A DNA stretch of 64,000 nucleotides from an uncultured cyanobacterium (lineage in GTDB: Bacteria > Cyanobacteriota > Cyanobacteriia > CAKZMO01). The first letter of the stretch is position 1. Each line of letters opens with the position of its first letter. The position numbers and the translations under genes are program-made. Of this stretch, positions 20,509 through 30,250 are shown piece after piece. The stretch spans positions 608,001 through 672,000 of the forward strand of contig CAVRCJ010000003.1 in NCBI GenBank assembly GCA_963719515.1. The letters are read 5' to 3'. The notes beneath the pieces are model-generated. The model was not told the origin of the DNA and made no database searches. It was given only the letters and a program-made list of their open reading frames with translations.

Positions 20509-21906
20509 ATGGCCCAATCCCAGTCCAAATCCCTTTGGCACCACGTCACCCTAGCCTCACTTGCAGACTCATCACGTCTGCGGCAAAACGACTATGTGAC
20601 CCGCATGAGTGGCCTGCTGTCGAGCTGGCAGCGCGATAACTGGCTGCTGCGGTGGGCCGATACGATCGCTGTCGGGCTGGTGCTGCTGCTGTTTGTGGTT
20701 GCCCCCTTCACCTCCACGACCATCATTGGACTAGTGCTGCTGGCCTGCAGTGCGGTCTGGGGGCTACTGGTTCTCCGAGACCGGGCCATGGTCACCCCCA
20801 TCCACTTCGCGGTGCTGGCCTATTGGGGGGTCTCCACGGTGGCCATGGCTTTTTCTCCCGTGCGGGCCGAGGCCCTAGAGGGCTGGATTAAGCTCACTCT
20901 TTACCTAATTTTGTTTGCCCTTTTGGCCCAGCTGCTGCGCTCGCCCCGAATTCGCCGCTGGACGATTGCGGCCTATCTGTTGACCGCGCTCACCGTGGCC
21001 GCCGCTGGGCTGCGCCAGTGGTTTTTTGGGGCAGACGCCCTGGCAACCTGGGTGGACCCGGACTCATCCCTGGCGGGAACCACGCGGGTCTATAGCTACC
21101 TCGGCAACCCCAACCTGCTGGCCGGGTATCTCATTCCTGCCGTGCTGCTGAGCGCCGCCGCAGTTGTTGTCTGGCGCGGCACCGGCAAAGTGCTGGCGCT
21201 CACCATTGCCCTGGTGACCACCCTCTGCCTCGTGTTGACCTTTAGCCGGGGCGGCTGGATTGGCTTTGTGGCCGGAGGCTTTGTGTTTTTGGGGCTGCTG
21301 GTGCAGGGCCTGAGCGTCAAGCTGCCGCCACCCTGGCGTCGCTGGGCGCTGCCCGGCCTGCTGGCCACCACCGCCGCCACCCTCGCCGTTGCCGTGTCGG
21401 CGATCGCCCCCCTCCGGGACCGGGTCTCCACCATCTTCTCGGGCCGAGAGGACAGCAGCAACAATTTCCGCATCAACGTCTGGACTGCCGTCATTGACAT
21501 GATCAAAGCCCGCCCTATCTTAGGGATTGGCCCCGGCAACGATGCCTTCAACAAGGTCTACCCGTTTTACCAAGAGCCTGGCTACACGGCCCTGAGCGCC
21601 TACTCTGTGTTTCTAGAAATTCCTGTAGAGACGGGAATCATCGGCCTAGCCTGCTTTCTATGGCTATTGGTCGTGACCCTGAGCTGCGGCTGGCGAAACC
21701 TGCTGCGGCTGCGCCATGAGCCAGACAGTAGCTGGCTGTGGCTGATTGCCGCGATGGCGACCATGGTGGGAATGCTGGCCCACGGTCTGGTGGACACCGT
21801 TTGGTATCGGCCTCAAATCAGCATTCTCTGGTGGCTGATGCTAGCTCTCGTTGCCAGCTTCGATCGGCCTGCGACGCCGGAGGTCCGGCCAGAAGCGGCT
21901 TCTTAG
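20509..21906 (+). CDS. ictB: IctB family (O-antigen ligase-like) membrane protein
   Basis: RVYSYLGNPNLLAGYL, REDSSNNFRINVW, HGLVDTVWYRPQ. Confidence 0.92.
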   Translation: MAQSQSKSLWHHVTLASLADSSRLRQNDYVTRMSGLLSSWQRDNWLLRWADTIAVGLVLLLFVVAPFTSTTIIGLVLLACSAVWGLLVLRDRAMVTPIHFAVLAYWGVSTVAMAFSPVRAEALEGWIKLTLYLILFALLAQLLRSPRIRRWTIAAYLLTALTVAAAGLRQWFFGADALATWVDPDSSLAGTTRVYSYLGNPNLLAGYLIPAVLLSAAAVVVWRGTGKVLALTIALVTTLCLVLTFSRGGWIGFVAGGFVFLGLLVQGLSVKLPPPWRRWALPGLLATTAATLAVAVSAIAPLRDRVSTIFSGREDSSNNFRINVWTAVIDMIKARPILGIGPGNDAFNKVYPFYQEPGYTALSAYSVFLEIPVETGIIGLACFLWLLVVTLSCGWRNLLRLRHEPDSSWLWLIAAMATMVGMLAHGLVDTVWYRPQISILWWLMLALVASFDRPATPEVRPEAAS

Positions 21907-22124
21907 ATTTGACGCCCCACCTGCGCTGGGTTGATCAGTCCTTCTAGTTGGGAGAGCTGCTCCTCAATAGCGGTGAGCCGCTCCTGACAAGGCTTCATCC
22001 CCAAATACAGGGTTAGTGCCGCAATCATGATGTCCGACTTGGTCTGTCCAGTGGCGTGCATCCGAGCGGCGATCGCCCGCTCTAGCTCGGGTGAAATTCT
22101 TGCACCGATAAATGAATTTGCCAT
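21903..22124 (-). CDS. Small ribbon-helix-helix-like DNA-binding protein
   Basis: FIGARISPEL...GQTKSDIMIAAL..YLG pattern, 73 aa. Confidence 0.55.
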   Translation of the reverse strand: MANSFIGARISPELERAIAARMHATGQTKSDIMIAALTLYLGMKPCQERLTAIEEQLSQLEGLINPAQVGRQI

Positions 22125-22491
22125 GTCGTTGGGGTGGCGCCGATCGGCAGCAAAGGTTCTCACAGGGCGTTAGGGCAAGGAGACGTCAAGGGCACAGTGA
22201 CAATGCTTGCTTCTAGCAGATTTGCCAGAATCATAACAAGTTGCCTAGCGGACTGATGCTACTGTGACAGGAAATTAACATCGCTGCGGCGCATTCTCTC
22301 AAGCCTGCCGCATTCCTACGGCTTTTCACCCAAGGGCTGTCAACGGATGGGTCGACTCGATTCAACCTATGGAATAAAACTTAAGATATGTTGCCAAATA
22401 TTACCGTTATCGTTTGTTATCATAACAAGTAGAAAGCTTTGTAAAGAAGCATTGCTAAGCGCTGATTACGCCGTGAATAGGGGGATAACCG

Positions 22492-23226
22492 TTGACTAGC
22501 AAGTGCAAGATTCTAGTCGTTGACGACGAAGCGGCCATCCGCCAGATTTTGTCGACTCGCCTTGCGATGGGGGGGTATGACGTTGCTGTGGCATCCAATG
22601 GCCAAGAGGCGCTGCAGATGTTTCCTCAAGAAAACCCTGACCTTGTCGTCTTGGACGTGATGATGCCCAAGATCGACGGGTTAACGGTTTGCCGGGAGCT
22701 GCGCAAGACGTCCGACATTCCAATCATTATGCTAACGGCCTTAGGGGAGATCGCCGACCGGATTGTGGGCCTAGAAATGGGGGCCGACGACTATATCTCC
22801 AAACCGTTCTCTCCGAAAGAGCTAGAAGCCCGCATTAAGGCTATTTTGCGGCGCACGGAGCAGGCCAGCCTAAACAGCGACTCCGCCGTAGGGGTCATTC
22901 AGGTCGGAGGGCTGCAGGTAGATGTCAACAAGCGGCAGGTCTATGTCGACGGCAAGCGAATCCGCCTGACGGGCATTGAGTTTGACCTACTGCAGCTGCT
23001 CGTAAACCGCTCGGGCGAGTCTATCCCTAGGGCCGACATCCTCAACGAGATTTGGGGCTATACCCCGAGCCGCCACAGCGACCTGCGCGTAGTCGATGTG
23101 CATGTGTCGCGCCTGCGCTCGAAGCTTGAAGACGATCCGAGCAACCCAGAGTTTATCCACACTGACCGGGGGCGGGGCTACTTTTTCCCGAAGGTGTCAA
23201 CGCTGCCGGAATCGATTAGCGCCTGA
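22492..23226 (+). CDS. OmpR-family response regulator, RpaB/SrrA-like paralogue
   Basis: ILVVDDE, LDVMMP, KPFSPKELEARI, RVVDVHVSRLRSKLEDDPSNPE; diverged from canonical RpaB. Confidence 0.88.
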   Translation: MTSKCKILVVDDEAAIRQILSTRLAMGGYDVAVASNGQEALQMFPQENPDLVVLDVMMPKIDGLTVCRELRKTSDIPIIMLTALGEIADRIVGLEMGADDYISKPFSPKELEARIKAILRRTEQASLNSDSAVGVIQVGGLQVDVNKRQVYVDGKRIRLTGIEFDLLQLLVNRSGESIPRADILNEIWGYTPSRHSDLRVVDVHVSRLRSKLEDDPSNPEFIHTDRGRGYFFPKVSTLPESISA

Positions 23227-23244
23227 AGCGGCTCTCAACTTTAG

Positions 23245-23635
23245 CGACTAGACAAGAAGCCCCGCGCTCTACCCGCTAGGGTGAGCGTCGGGATGAGAGT
23301 CGCGCTAGCCGAAGTGCGCCCGCAAAATGATGCACAGCGGATGTGCGCTCAGCGCTGAGGCTAGCAGTTGGTATGATAGAGATAGCAAGGTGATACACCC
23401 CGCAAAGAGTGTGACGGGCCCGTAGGCGAAAGCTGCAAGTCACCCGTTCCTCAGTTTGCAAATGTATCTGCGACACATAGTGCGTATCCTCCCTCGCGGA
23501 GATGAAAATTCAAAACTCTGCCGTGGGGCATCAGGCGGAGTATAAACCTATCTCAGGATATGTCCCGGCAATAGCTGGGAGTCACTGAGGAAGCCCGCGC
23601 TGTACAGCTTGCTGTCAGCGTCGGGAGGATGTCAC
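23245..23635 (+). mobile_element. Non-autonomous IS200/IS605 mini-element retaining a tnpB 3'/omega-RNA-like end
   Basis: TTTAG|cgactagacaagaagccccgcgctctacccg...agcgtcgggatgagagtcgcg left end and tagctgggagtcactgaggaagcccgcgctgta...cagcgtcgggaggatgtcac right end, nearly identical to 38800-40282. Confidence 0.88.
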
Positions 23636-23637
23636 GA

Positions 23638-23919
23638 CTAAGTTGGAATCAGCTCTCCCGGACGCAGCTTGGCCCACTTGCCTGTTTCTTCCTGGAAGCT
23701 GTTGCAGCCTACGACGTCGTACTCAAAACCGAAGTCTCCTTCCTGCACGATGCGATCGCCTTTGACGCTCACTTTGGGTGGCGTGATGTTGGCGTTGATT
23801 GTGGGGCTGTCGGGCATGAAGCTCGGCGACTCGCTGAGATGGGGCTGTTGATGTTTAGTTTCCACCTCGTGATAGGTGATACAGCGATCAACGTAGTGGC
23901 AATTTATGCAAATGCACAT
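23638..23919 (-). CDS. ycf34: Ycf34 family Fe-S protein
   Basis: MCICINCHYVDRCITYH.VE..H, EYDVVGC.SF, LRPGELIPT. Confidence 0.92.
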   Translation of the reverse strand: MCICINCHYVDRCITYHEVETKHQQPHLSESPSFMPDSPTINANITPPKVSVKGDRIVQEGDFGFEYDVVGCNSFQEETGKWAKLRPGELIPT

Positions 23920-24422
23920 GGCTGATTTTCCTATAACGACACTCTAATAAATTTAGGCGCTGATTAGGCGCTGCTGACGTGAGGTATGCACCCTGCGGGG
24001 ACAGGGCACTGCCATACCCCTACCGCTTAACCTTGGGCTTATCCGAGGCAGCGGATTCACACCTTGGTTCAGCCCCATCCAAATTCAGAACTACAAGCTT
24101 AGATCCATAGGCCCGAAGACCTCAGATTCAATTCCACTGTAGCGCATTTAGAATTAGAGCTAGGTGCCGAGGGGCTAGGCTTGTCCGGCATTCTGAATCG
24201 CTCAACTTTTTCAAGCGGACTCCTCGCTCAGCTGGAGAAGTGGCATAGGGCACTATCTGTAGCTAACGCGACAGTTATAGGATCAAGGCAGTTGATTCAA
24301 AGCATTGATCGTTAAAACCATCTACCCATTCTGTGTTAGTCAACTGCGTGATGTCAGCCTCTAGCGACTCAGGGTCGTGGAAGTAGGCATCAATACCCTA
24401 ATGCGTGTGGAGGATTGAACCA

Positions 24423-24824
24423 ATGATTAACTTTCGTTTTGTACTCGCTACAGCGAGCCTGCTCATTCCCTTGGCCGTGGCCGGACCTGCGCGGGCAGAG
24501 ACCATCAGCACTCCCATCCAAAACTACCAGGTTGGCGGATCGTCCGGCGGCCCCCAGCAAAGCAGCTGCGGGTTCATTGGCGCACCCGCGCTACAAATTC
24601 AGGTCAACGAGCCCCTAGCCTCTCTTCGATTTCGCGCCAGCGGCGGCGGGGCTCTGACCCTTTTGGTCACCGATGGCCAGAGTCAAGACTGCGTCATGTC
24701 TGACGGTCTCTCCGGTGGGGCGGTCTCGCTTCCGGGGGTGTGGGAGCGCGGCACCTACTCCGTCCACGTCGGCGATCGCAACGGAGATTCCCACCGCTAT
24801 CAGCTCTCGGTTACCCAAGAGTAG
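24423..24824 (+). CDS. Secreted hypothetical protein (PPC-like beta domain)
   Basis: Signal peptide ending PARA; SSCGFI, G.YSVHVGD. Confidence 0.65.
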   Translation: MINFRFVLATASLLIPLAVAGPARAETISTPIQNYQVGGSSGGPQQSSCGFIGAPALQIQVNEPLASLRFRASGGGALTLLVTDGQSQDCVMSDGLSGGAVSLPGVWERGTYSVHVGDRNGDSHRYQLSVTQE

Positions 24825-24859
24825 ACAGGTTCAGGGCTGCTGCTGGCGCAAATTGGCGG

Positions 24860-25558
24860 CTACTCTGCGCCAAGGAGAGCCTGCTCAAGTGCAGCGGCGC
24901 TGGCAGCCGGGACTAGATTAGACCGAAGCAAAATTTGCTCTGGTGTCACGTCAGCTTGGGAATAAAAGGCTTCGTTGCGCTCCTCATCGAAGCCGATGAT
25001 GCTGCCGTCGAAGGCAACCCCACCAAATAAACCTGAACTGCGGGAGTAAACCAGAATATCGTCTTCCGCGATTTCAGCTGGGTCTGCCAAGCTATCGCTA
25101 ATCGGTCCGGCGGTCCCAGAGAGATCAGCGCCGAATTCTGCTCCGCCGTTGATGATGTCGGCTACGGTTTGGTTGTCTTGCACCAGCATTACAATATCGC
25201 TGGAGCGCCCGCCAAACTGCAGGCCAATGCTGCCGCCCCCCAAAGAAACAAAGGCTGGGTTGCTCCAAGACCCATCCGCCTCGCGAACGACCATCAGGCC
25301 GTCACCATAGCGCCCGCCGACAATAAAGCCCCCTTGGCCCAAATTTGTGATGATGATGATGGCCTGGCTTTGCTGAATCAATGCGGAAGGAATGCGGGTA
25401 TCGGGGTCGGCGACGATTGTCTCGAAAACGGCCTGAGATTCGGCTATCTCGTCAACTGCCTCCTCGATGTCTTCTTCGATGCTGTCCGCTAGGACTGGGA
25501 TAGCGGCCCCAGTCGTCAACAGTACTGCTGCCGCAGCTACTAGGATTGGTTTCAGCAT
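24860..25558 (-). CDS. SYLF/Ysc84 lipid-binding domain protein
   Basis: GGFIVGGRYGDG, WSNPAF..LGGGSIGLQFG, YSRSSGLFGG. Confidence 0.88.
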   Translation of the reverse strand: MLKPILVAAAAVLLTTGAAIPVLADSIEEDIEEAVDEIAESQAVFETIVADPDTRIPSALIQQSQAIIIITNLGQGGFIVGGRYGDGLMVVREADGSWSNPAFVSLGGGSIGLQFGGRSSDIVMLVQDNQTVADIINGGAEFGADLSGTAGPISDSLADPAEIAEDDILVYSRSSGLFGGVAFDGSIIGFDEERNEAFYSQADVTPEQILLRSNLVPAASAAALEQALLGAE

Positions 25559-25775
25559 GAGGTGGTCTCCTTATACAGAATAGAGGGTTGTAGCGAATAC
25601 AGATACACCGCTAAATCCAATAGCTCATTCAACACCCTATGATATTTAGCTTAGCTCCAGATTAGACAAGAACTGACACCGCCCCGGGTTAGATTTAGAG
25701 GCCATCCGCAAGGCCAGTTAAGATACAATTCAACGGTATTGGGTCATTTGCGATGGATACGACATCAGGCTGGCT

Positions 25776-26207
25776 GTGGTGCCGAAGCTATTTTCCTCTT
25801 TGCTGTCTTCTCTGCTGCTGCTGCTGGCATACAGTAGCTTTAGCTGGTTTCTGAGCCACCAGGCGCTAGGGCCAGTGGCTTGGGCTGTGGCGATCGCCTT
25901 CACCCTAGCGCAAGCGCTGCTGCTCACAATACAGGCCGATCGCTCTCAGCTCGCCCTCAATGGCTGGCTCCAGTCAGACCTAGGCTACTTTTCCTTGGTA
26001 ATTATTGGGGCTATATTCATTGCCTTTGCGTTTGTCTGGGCGCGAATCTTCGGCTATGTCCTAGTCGTGTTTGCTGCAGAGATTTTGGTGCGCTTAGATC
26101 TGCAGCTCATGGGATTTAACCGCGCTCAGTCGCTCGTCATCCTAATGCTTGTTTCGTTTGGCGGGCTATCCGTAGGCTGGGTCGCGAGCCAGTACATTCA
26201 GCCCTAG
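25776..26207 (+). CDS. Hypothetical membrane protein
   Basis: Several hydrophobic segments; SDLGYF, LVRLDLQ..GF. Confidence 0.6.
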   Translation: MVPKLFSSLLSSLLLLLAYSSFSWFLSHQALGPVAWAVAIAFTLAQALLLTIQADRSQLALNGWLQSDLGYFSLVIIGAIFIAFAFVWARIFGYVLVVFAAEILVRLDLQLMGFNRAQSLVILMLVSFGGLSVGWVASQYIQP

Positions 26208-26890
26208 CTTGCTTCACTCTGCTGGAGCTGCTGAATCTGAGAGCACACGGCAGCGCCCGCTGCCGCTGTTGGGCAAGCATCAAGGCAAGGCTGCGCGTAG
26301 GTAGACTGGGGTTCGAGGGAAGGAAGCTGGCCAAAAACCATGTCGCAGCCTAGCGTTTCGAAGTCTGGCGTCATCGTCAACGGAATGCCAAACTGCTCTG
26401 TGAAAAACGCTTGAGTGGGAAGCTTGCACATATTGACGCACATGCCCACGCAGCCGCTGCGCTCTAGGTAGCGGCATTTTTCAATATGGACGCTGCTCTT
26501 TTGAGTCGTGGTGCCCTCGGGCGTTAAGATTTCCGCCGTTTCAACTTGGCAAGGTCCCACCAGCCACTCAAACATGATGCTGGCAAACCAGGCATTGAGC
26601 TCGCAGACCAGCTGGGTGGGCGAAAAGGCGGTGCGGATGAAGGCTAGAACTGGGGATGGAATGAGAGAGTGCAAGATCGTGGTGACGGCCTGCTGCTGCT
26701 CGTCGGCACTGCGGCCCCGCATGATCTGCTGCGATAGATCGACAATGCCGTCATAGCTCTTAATCGAGGTGTGAGTGTTGGACGCCCGGGCCATTTTGCG
26801 GATGAAGAGTAGGATAAAGAGCCGGTCCATAGGGCCGTCATGGTATGCAGTATCGTCGCGGTTGGGGAGGGCTGCGGTCTCTAAAGACAT
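26204..26890 (-). CDS. Beta-carotene isomerase D27-like protein (DUF4033)
   Basis: FEWLVGPC, IEKCRYLE.SGCVGMCVNMCKLPTQ.FF, C.MVFG. Confidence 0.88.
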   Translation of the reverse strand: MSLETAALPNRDDTAYHDGPMDRLFILLFIRKMARASNTHTSIKSYDGIVDLSQQIMRGRSADEQQQAVTTILHSLIPSPVLAFIRTAFSPTQLVCELNAWFASIMFEWLVGPCQVETAEILTPEGTTTQKSSVHIEKCRYLERSGCVGMCVNMCKLPTQAFFTEQFGIPLTMTPDFETLGCDMVFGQLPSLEPQSTYAQPCLDACPTAAAGAAVCSQIQQLQQSEAS

Positions 26891-27038
26891 TTTTTGTAGA
26901 GGCGAATAGCGATGAGGCGGATATCTTCAATTGTAAGGGGGTGGTGCTGAGTAAGCGGGTCGCGCTGAGCTGCAGGGTGAAGTCCCGAGGCTGTGAAGTA
27001 TGCGTTTCTTGCGGACGTGGCACCACGTTCCCACCACA

Positions 27039-27686
27039 CTAATCTTTTAAGCGGCGGGCCATGACCGCGTAAAAGGGGTCACCGCCGCCAATCCCCAGCA
27101 TTCTCAGCATCGCCGGAGCCTCGGAGGTGTGGGTAATCCCTTCCGGCTGCGAGAATCCTGGCGTCGACTGAAAATAGTGCTTCACGAGCTGAACGCGATC
27201 GCCCTCGGACCCCTCTCGCCAGGCCTGGACGGCCTTTTGGTAAAACATGCGGTTGGAAAAGCTGAAGATGGCGACGCCGTCGGGCTTGAGGATGCGGTGG
27301 ACCTCAGCAAAGACCTGGTCTGGGTATTGGAGATACTGCACCGAGACGGCGTTGAGCACAGCGTGAACGGATTGGTCGGGCAGCGGCAGGGTCTGGTTTT
27401 CGTTTAGGTTTTGCACGAAGTAGTGGTCGAACCGGGGGTTGCGGGCCAGCTCTGCCTCGTTGAGGCCATGGCCTTCAATATGCTCAAAGGTGATGTCGTC
27501 GGGGAGATGGGAGACCCAGCTGCTCATCATGTCGAAGATGCGGGTGTTGGGCTGCAGCTGCTCTCGGTAGAGCTGGGTGAGCCGGTCGATGAAGCCCTCG
27601 TCGACGTGGGTGACGAAGCGGGGCTGGTCGTAGAATTGGGCGTCGTTGGTGGGGTCGAGCTTGGTGCGCTGGGTGGGGCTGAGCAT
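27039..27686 (-). CDS. Class I SAM-dependent methyltransferase
   Basis: FYDQPRFVTHVD, DMMSSWVSHLP, SFSNRMF. Confidence 0.88.
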   Translation of the reverse strand: MLSPTQRTKLDPTNDAQFYDQPRFVTHVDEGFIDRLTQLYREQLQPNTRIFDMMSSWVSHLPDDITFEHIEGHGLNEAELARNPRFDHYFVQNLNENQTLPLPDQSVHAVLNAVSVQYLQYPDQVFAEVHRILKPDGVAIFSFSNRMFYQKAVQAWREGSEGDRVQLVKHYFQSTPGFSQPEGITHTSEAPAMLRMLGIGGGDPFYAVMARRLKD

Positions 27687-27745
27687 GTTAATGGTGGGGG
27701 GTGGTTACAATTGACGGCGGAAGTCTCTAATCTAATTGTAAAGTT

Positions 27746-28019
27746 TTGAAACGATCAGGCAATGGGCCGCTGGTGCAGCACTCTTTAGCAGCTGCCGCTT
27801 CGGAGCTATCGGGGGCGCTGTTCTCTCCCTGCGATCGCTATCGCTACAGCCTTTGGCGCACCTGGAATTTGGCGCAGCCCCGACTTTTGATTGTTGGCCT
27901 CAATCCCTCAACTGCAGACGCCACGGCAAATGACCCAACAATCCGCCGCTGCGTCGGCTTTGCCCAGTCCTGGGGCTACGGCAGCGTCACGGTGACGAAT
28001 TTGTTTGCGTGGCGATCGC
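27746..28019 (+). pseudogene. DUF1643-family gene, 3'-truncated
   Basis: ALFSPCDRYRYSLWRTW, GLNPSTADA..NDPTIRRCVGFA, NLFAWR; family similarity stops at the GCGATCGC at 28012-28019. Confidence 0.75.
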
Positions 28020-29015
28020 GCCTTTTTAGACCAGCTTTGGGACGCTGCCCTAGCCGCTATGGCCTGGATTGACCGGCGAAGCCGCGAGGCCGGGTATGTG
28101 GCCTACGAGCGGGAATCTCCTGAGGGGCTACAAAATCAAGGCTGGAAAGATTCTGACAACGGCATTGTCAACGCCCAGGGCGAAATGGCCCAAGGGTCGA
28201 TTACGCTGGCGGAGGTGCAGGGGTACGTCTACGCGGCCCAGGTGCGGCTGAGCCAGATTGCCCGCGTCAAAGGAGAGCTAGAGGCTGAGCCACCGCTGGC
28301 AGCAGCAGGCTGAGCAGCTCAAAGAGCGCTTCGAGCGAGATTTTTGGCTGCCGTCAAGGGCTATCTGGCGATCGCCCTTGACGGCAACGGTAAACCGGCG
28401 AATAGCATCACCTCCAACCCAGGCCACTGCCTCGCCTCAGGCATCCTCTCGCCCGAAAAGGCCCGCAGCGTTGCCGAGCGTTTACAAGCTCCCGATATGT
28501 TCAGCGGCTGGGGCATTCGCACCCTCAGCAGCGCCTCACCCGCCTACAACCCCATGGGCTATCACGTCGGTTCGGTGTGGCCCCACGACAACGGCATGAT
28601 TGTGGTGGGACTACGCGCTCTGGGGTTTACAGAACAGGCGTTTGAAGTGGCCCAAAGTCTATTCGACATGACGGCGCAGCAGCCCTACCACCGCCCGCCG
28701 GAGCTATTTTGTGGCTTTGAGCGCACCCCTGAAAGTGCGCCAGTGCGCTATCCGGTCGCCTGCTCCCCCCAAGCTTGGGCCACGGGTACGGTGTTTCAGC
28801 TGCTGCAAATGATGGCTAACTTGGTGCCGGATGCCCCCAACAACTGTCTGCAAATTGTCCATCCCGCCCTGCCGCCCTCGATTTGTTATCTGTCCCTGCA
28901 AAATCTAAAGATTGGCCAGACGGTGCTGGATTTAGAGTTTGAGCGCGCCAACGGAACTACGGCCTGTCGGGTGGTTCGCAATCGCGGTAATTTGCGGGTG
29001 GTGATTGAGGCGTGA
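28011..29015 (+). pseudogene. Amylo-alpha-1,6-glucosidase (GDE-like) C-terminal remnant, 5'-truncated, two frameshifts
   Basis: GLQNQGWKDS, EVQGYVYAA, SNPGHCL, YHVGSVWPHDN, YPVACSPQAWA; frames shift near 28285 and 28355. Confidence 0.82.
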
Positions 29016-29179
29016 AGGACAGTATTCAATTATGTGGATATCGCACACCCTGAACTGCACCCCCTTAGAATAAATATATTACCGGCCTTCTCTAGCGCTT
29101 TGACTGGGGTCTTCAGACAGGCCTCATTCAAAAAAACGCTGCAGATCCCAAACTTGCCTCTGTAGTAGGTAGGAGCTTG

Positions 29180-29494
29180 ATGATGTCTCAAAAGAATACA
29201 GTGCTTTTTGATGTTCGGTTTGGTGCCTATCCTGATAAGTTTGGCGGCGCTTTGAGATGTGCTGCAGGAAGTCCGCCTACTGTTGGTGAAGGTGCCCAAT
29301 GGGTAGACCCAGCTACCAGCATAATAACCCTGTGGAGAATACAGAAGGTTGAGCACTACGTTTGCTTTGGATGCCCGTCTGACGGAATACCAGCTTCGTC
29401 CAAGGCATTTGGTGCTGTGTGGTTCGAAAAGATTGCTGATCTGGGGACAGAGTTGTACTCCTACAGCACCAAACCTAGACCAGTCAGATCTTAG
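29180..29494 (+). CDS. Hypothetical ~104-aa protein, intact copy of a duplicated gene
   Basis: ORF MMSQKNTVLFDVRFGAYPDK...KPRPVRS; the second copy at 38756-40553 differs largely at synonymous positions, supporting coding status. Confidence 0.7.
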   Translation: MMSQKNTVLFDVRFGAYPDKFGGALRCAAGSPPTVGEGAQWVDPATSIITLWRIQKVEHYVCFGCPSDGIPASSKAFGAVWFEKIADLGTELYSYSTKPRPVRS

Positions 29495-29802
29495 GCAATC
29501 GCGTTTTTATCCCTTGTCAAAACATCAACTGATTGATTACGACGCTCGTTAAAACTCATAGGAAGCGAGCGGCCCCACGCCTACTAATAGAGGCAAGCAG
29601 TAGTACAGCGTTTTTACGCTGATGGAATTTTCTATACATATTCCAGTAGGTAAGCAATGCCTCCAACAGCTGAGTAGAGAAAATTTAGGGTGAAATGAGA
29701 AAAATCTATACAATCTCAAACGCGCCCAGGCTATCAGAAGCATAAAAGCGATCGCCTGTCTTCCCACGTGTACTCTTCATTCACGTCCTATCAGAGGTCC
29801 AT

Positions 29803-30099
29803 ATGGCAACATTAACCAAAGGCACCCTTGTCACGATTATTGGGGAAGCCGTTTTACAAGAGCGCTTAGTTCATTTATTTACTCAGCTCAGAGTATCAGG
29901 CTACACATTGATTCCTGCTAAGGGAGCCGGTAGCCATGGTAAACGTATGGGCGATGTTGAAGGCTACAATACCAACATTGAAATCAAAACCATCGTTAAC
30001 TCAGCAATTTCTGATCAGCTATTAGAGGCCGTTAGACCACTTCAAGCAACCCATGCTCTGATTGCCTTTCGGCAAGAAGTAGAAGGATTATTTGATTAA
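29803..30099 (+). CDS. P-II-like signalling protein (SbtB/DUF190-like)
   Basis: 98 aa; VTIIGEAVL, SGYTLIPAKGAGSHG, NIEIKTIV. Confidence 0.78.
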   Translation: MATLTKGTLVTIIGEAVLQERLVHLFTQLRVSGYTLIPAKGAGSHGKRMGDVEGYNTNIEIKTIVNSAISDQLLEAVRPLQATHALIAFRQEVEGLFD

Positions 30100-30250
30100 T
30101 TGGTGGTGAATCACCAGGTGGTAGGTAAAACCCTGTGGCGTTGCTAAATCAAACTTGAGGTAGTGCAGGATCACACAAACGAAGTGCACCATATAGACGT
30201 ACTTTGAATAGCAAAACGTTTTGCGATATCGACATAGTATTCTCAACTAA

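Noticed and set aside
22492..23226. Calling this gene rpaB
   Set aside because: It differs from canonical RpaB at several conserved stretches, so it is left as an unnamed paralogue.
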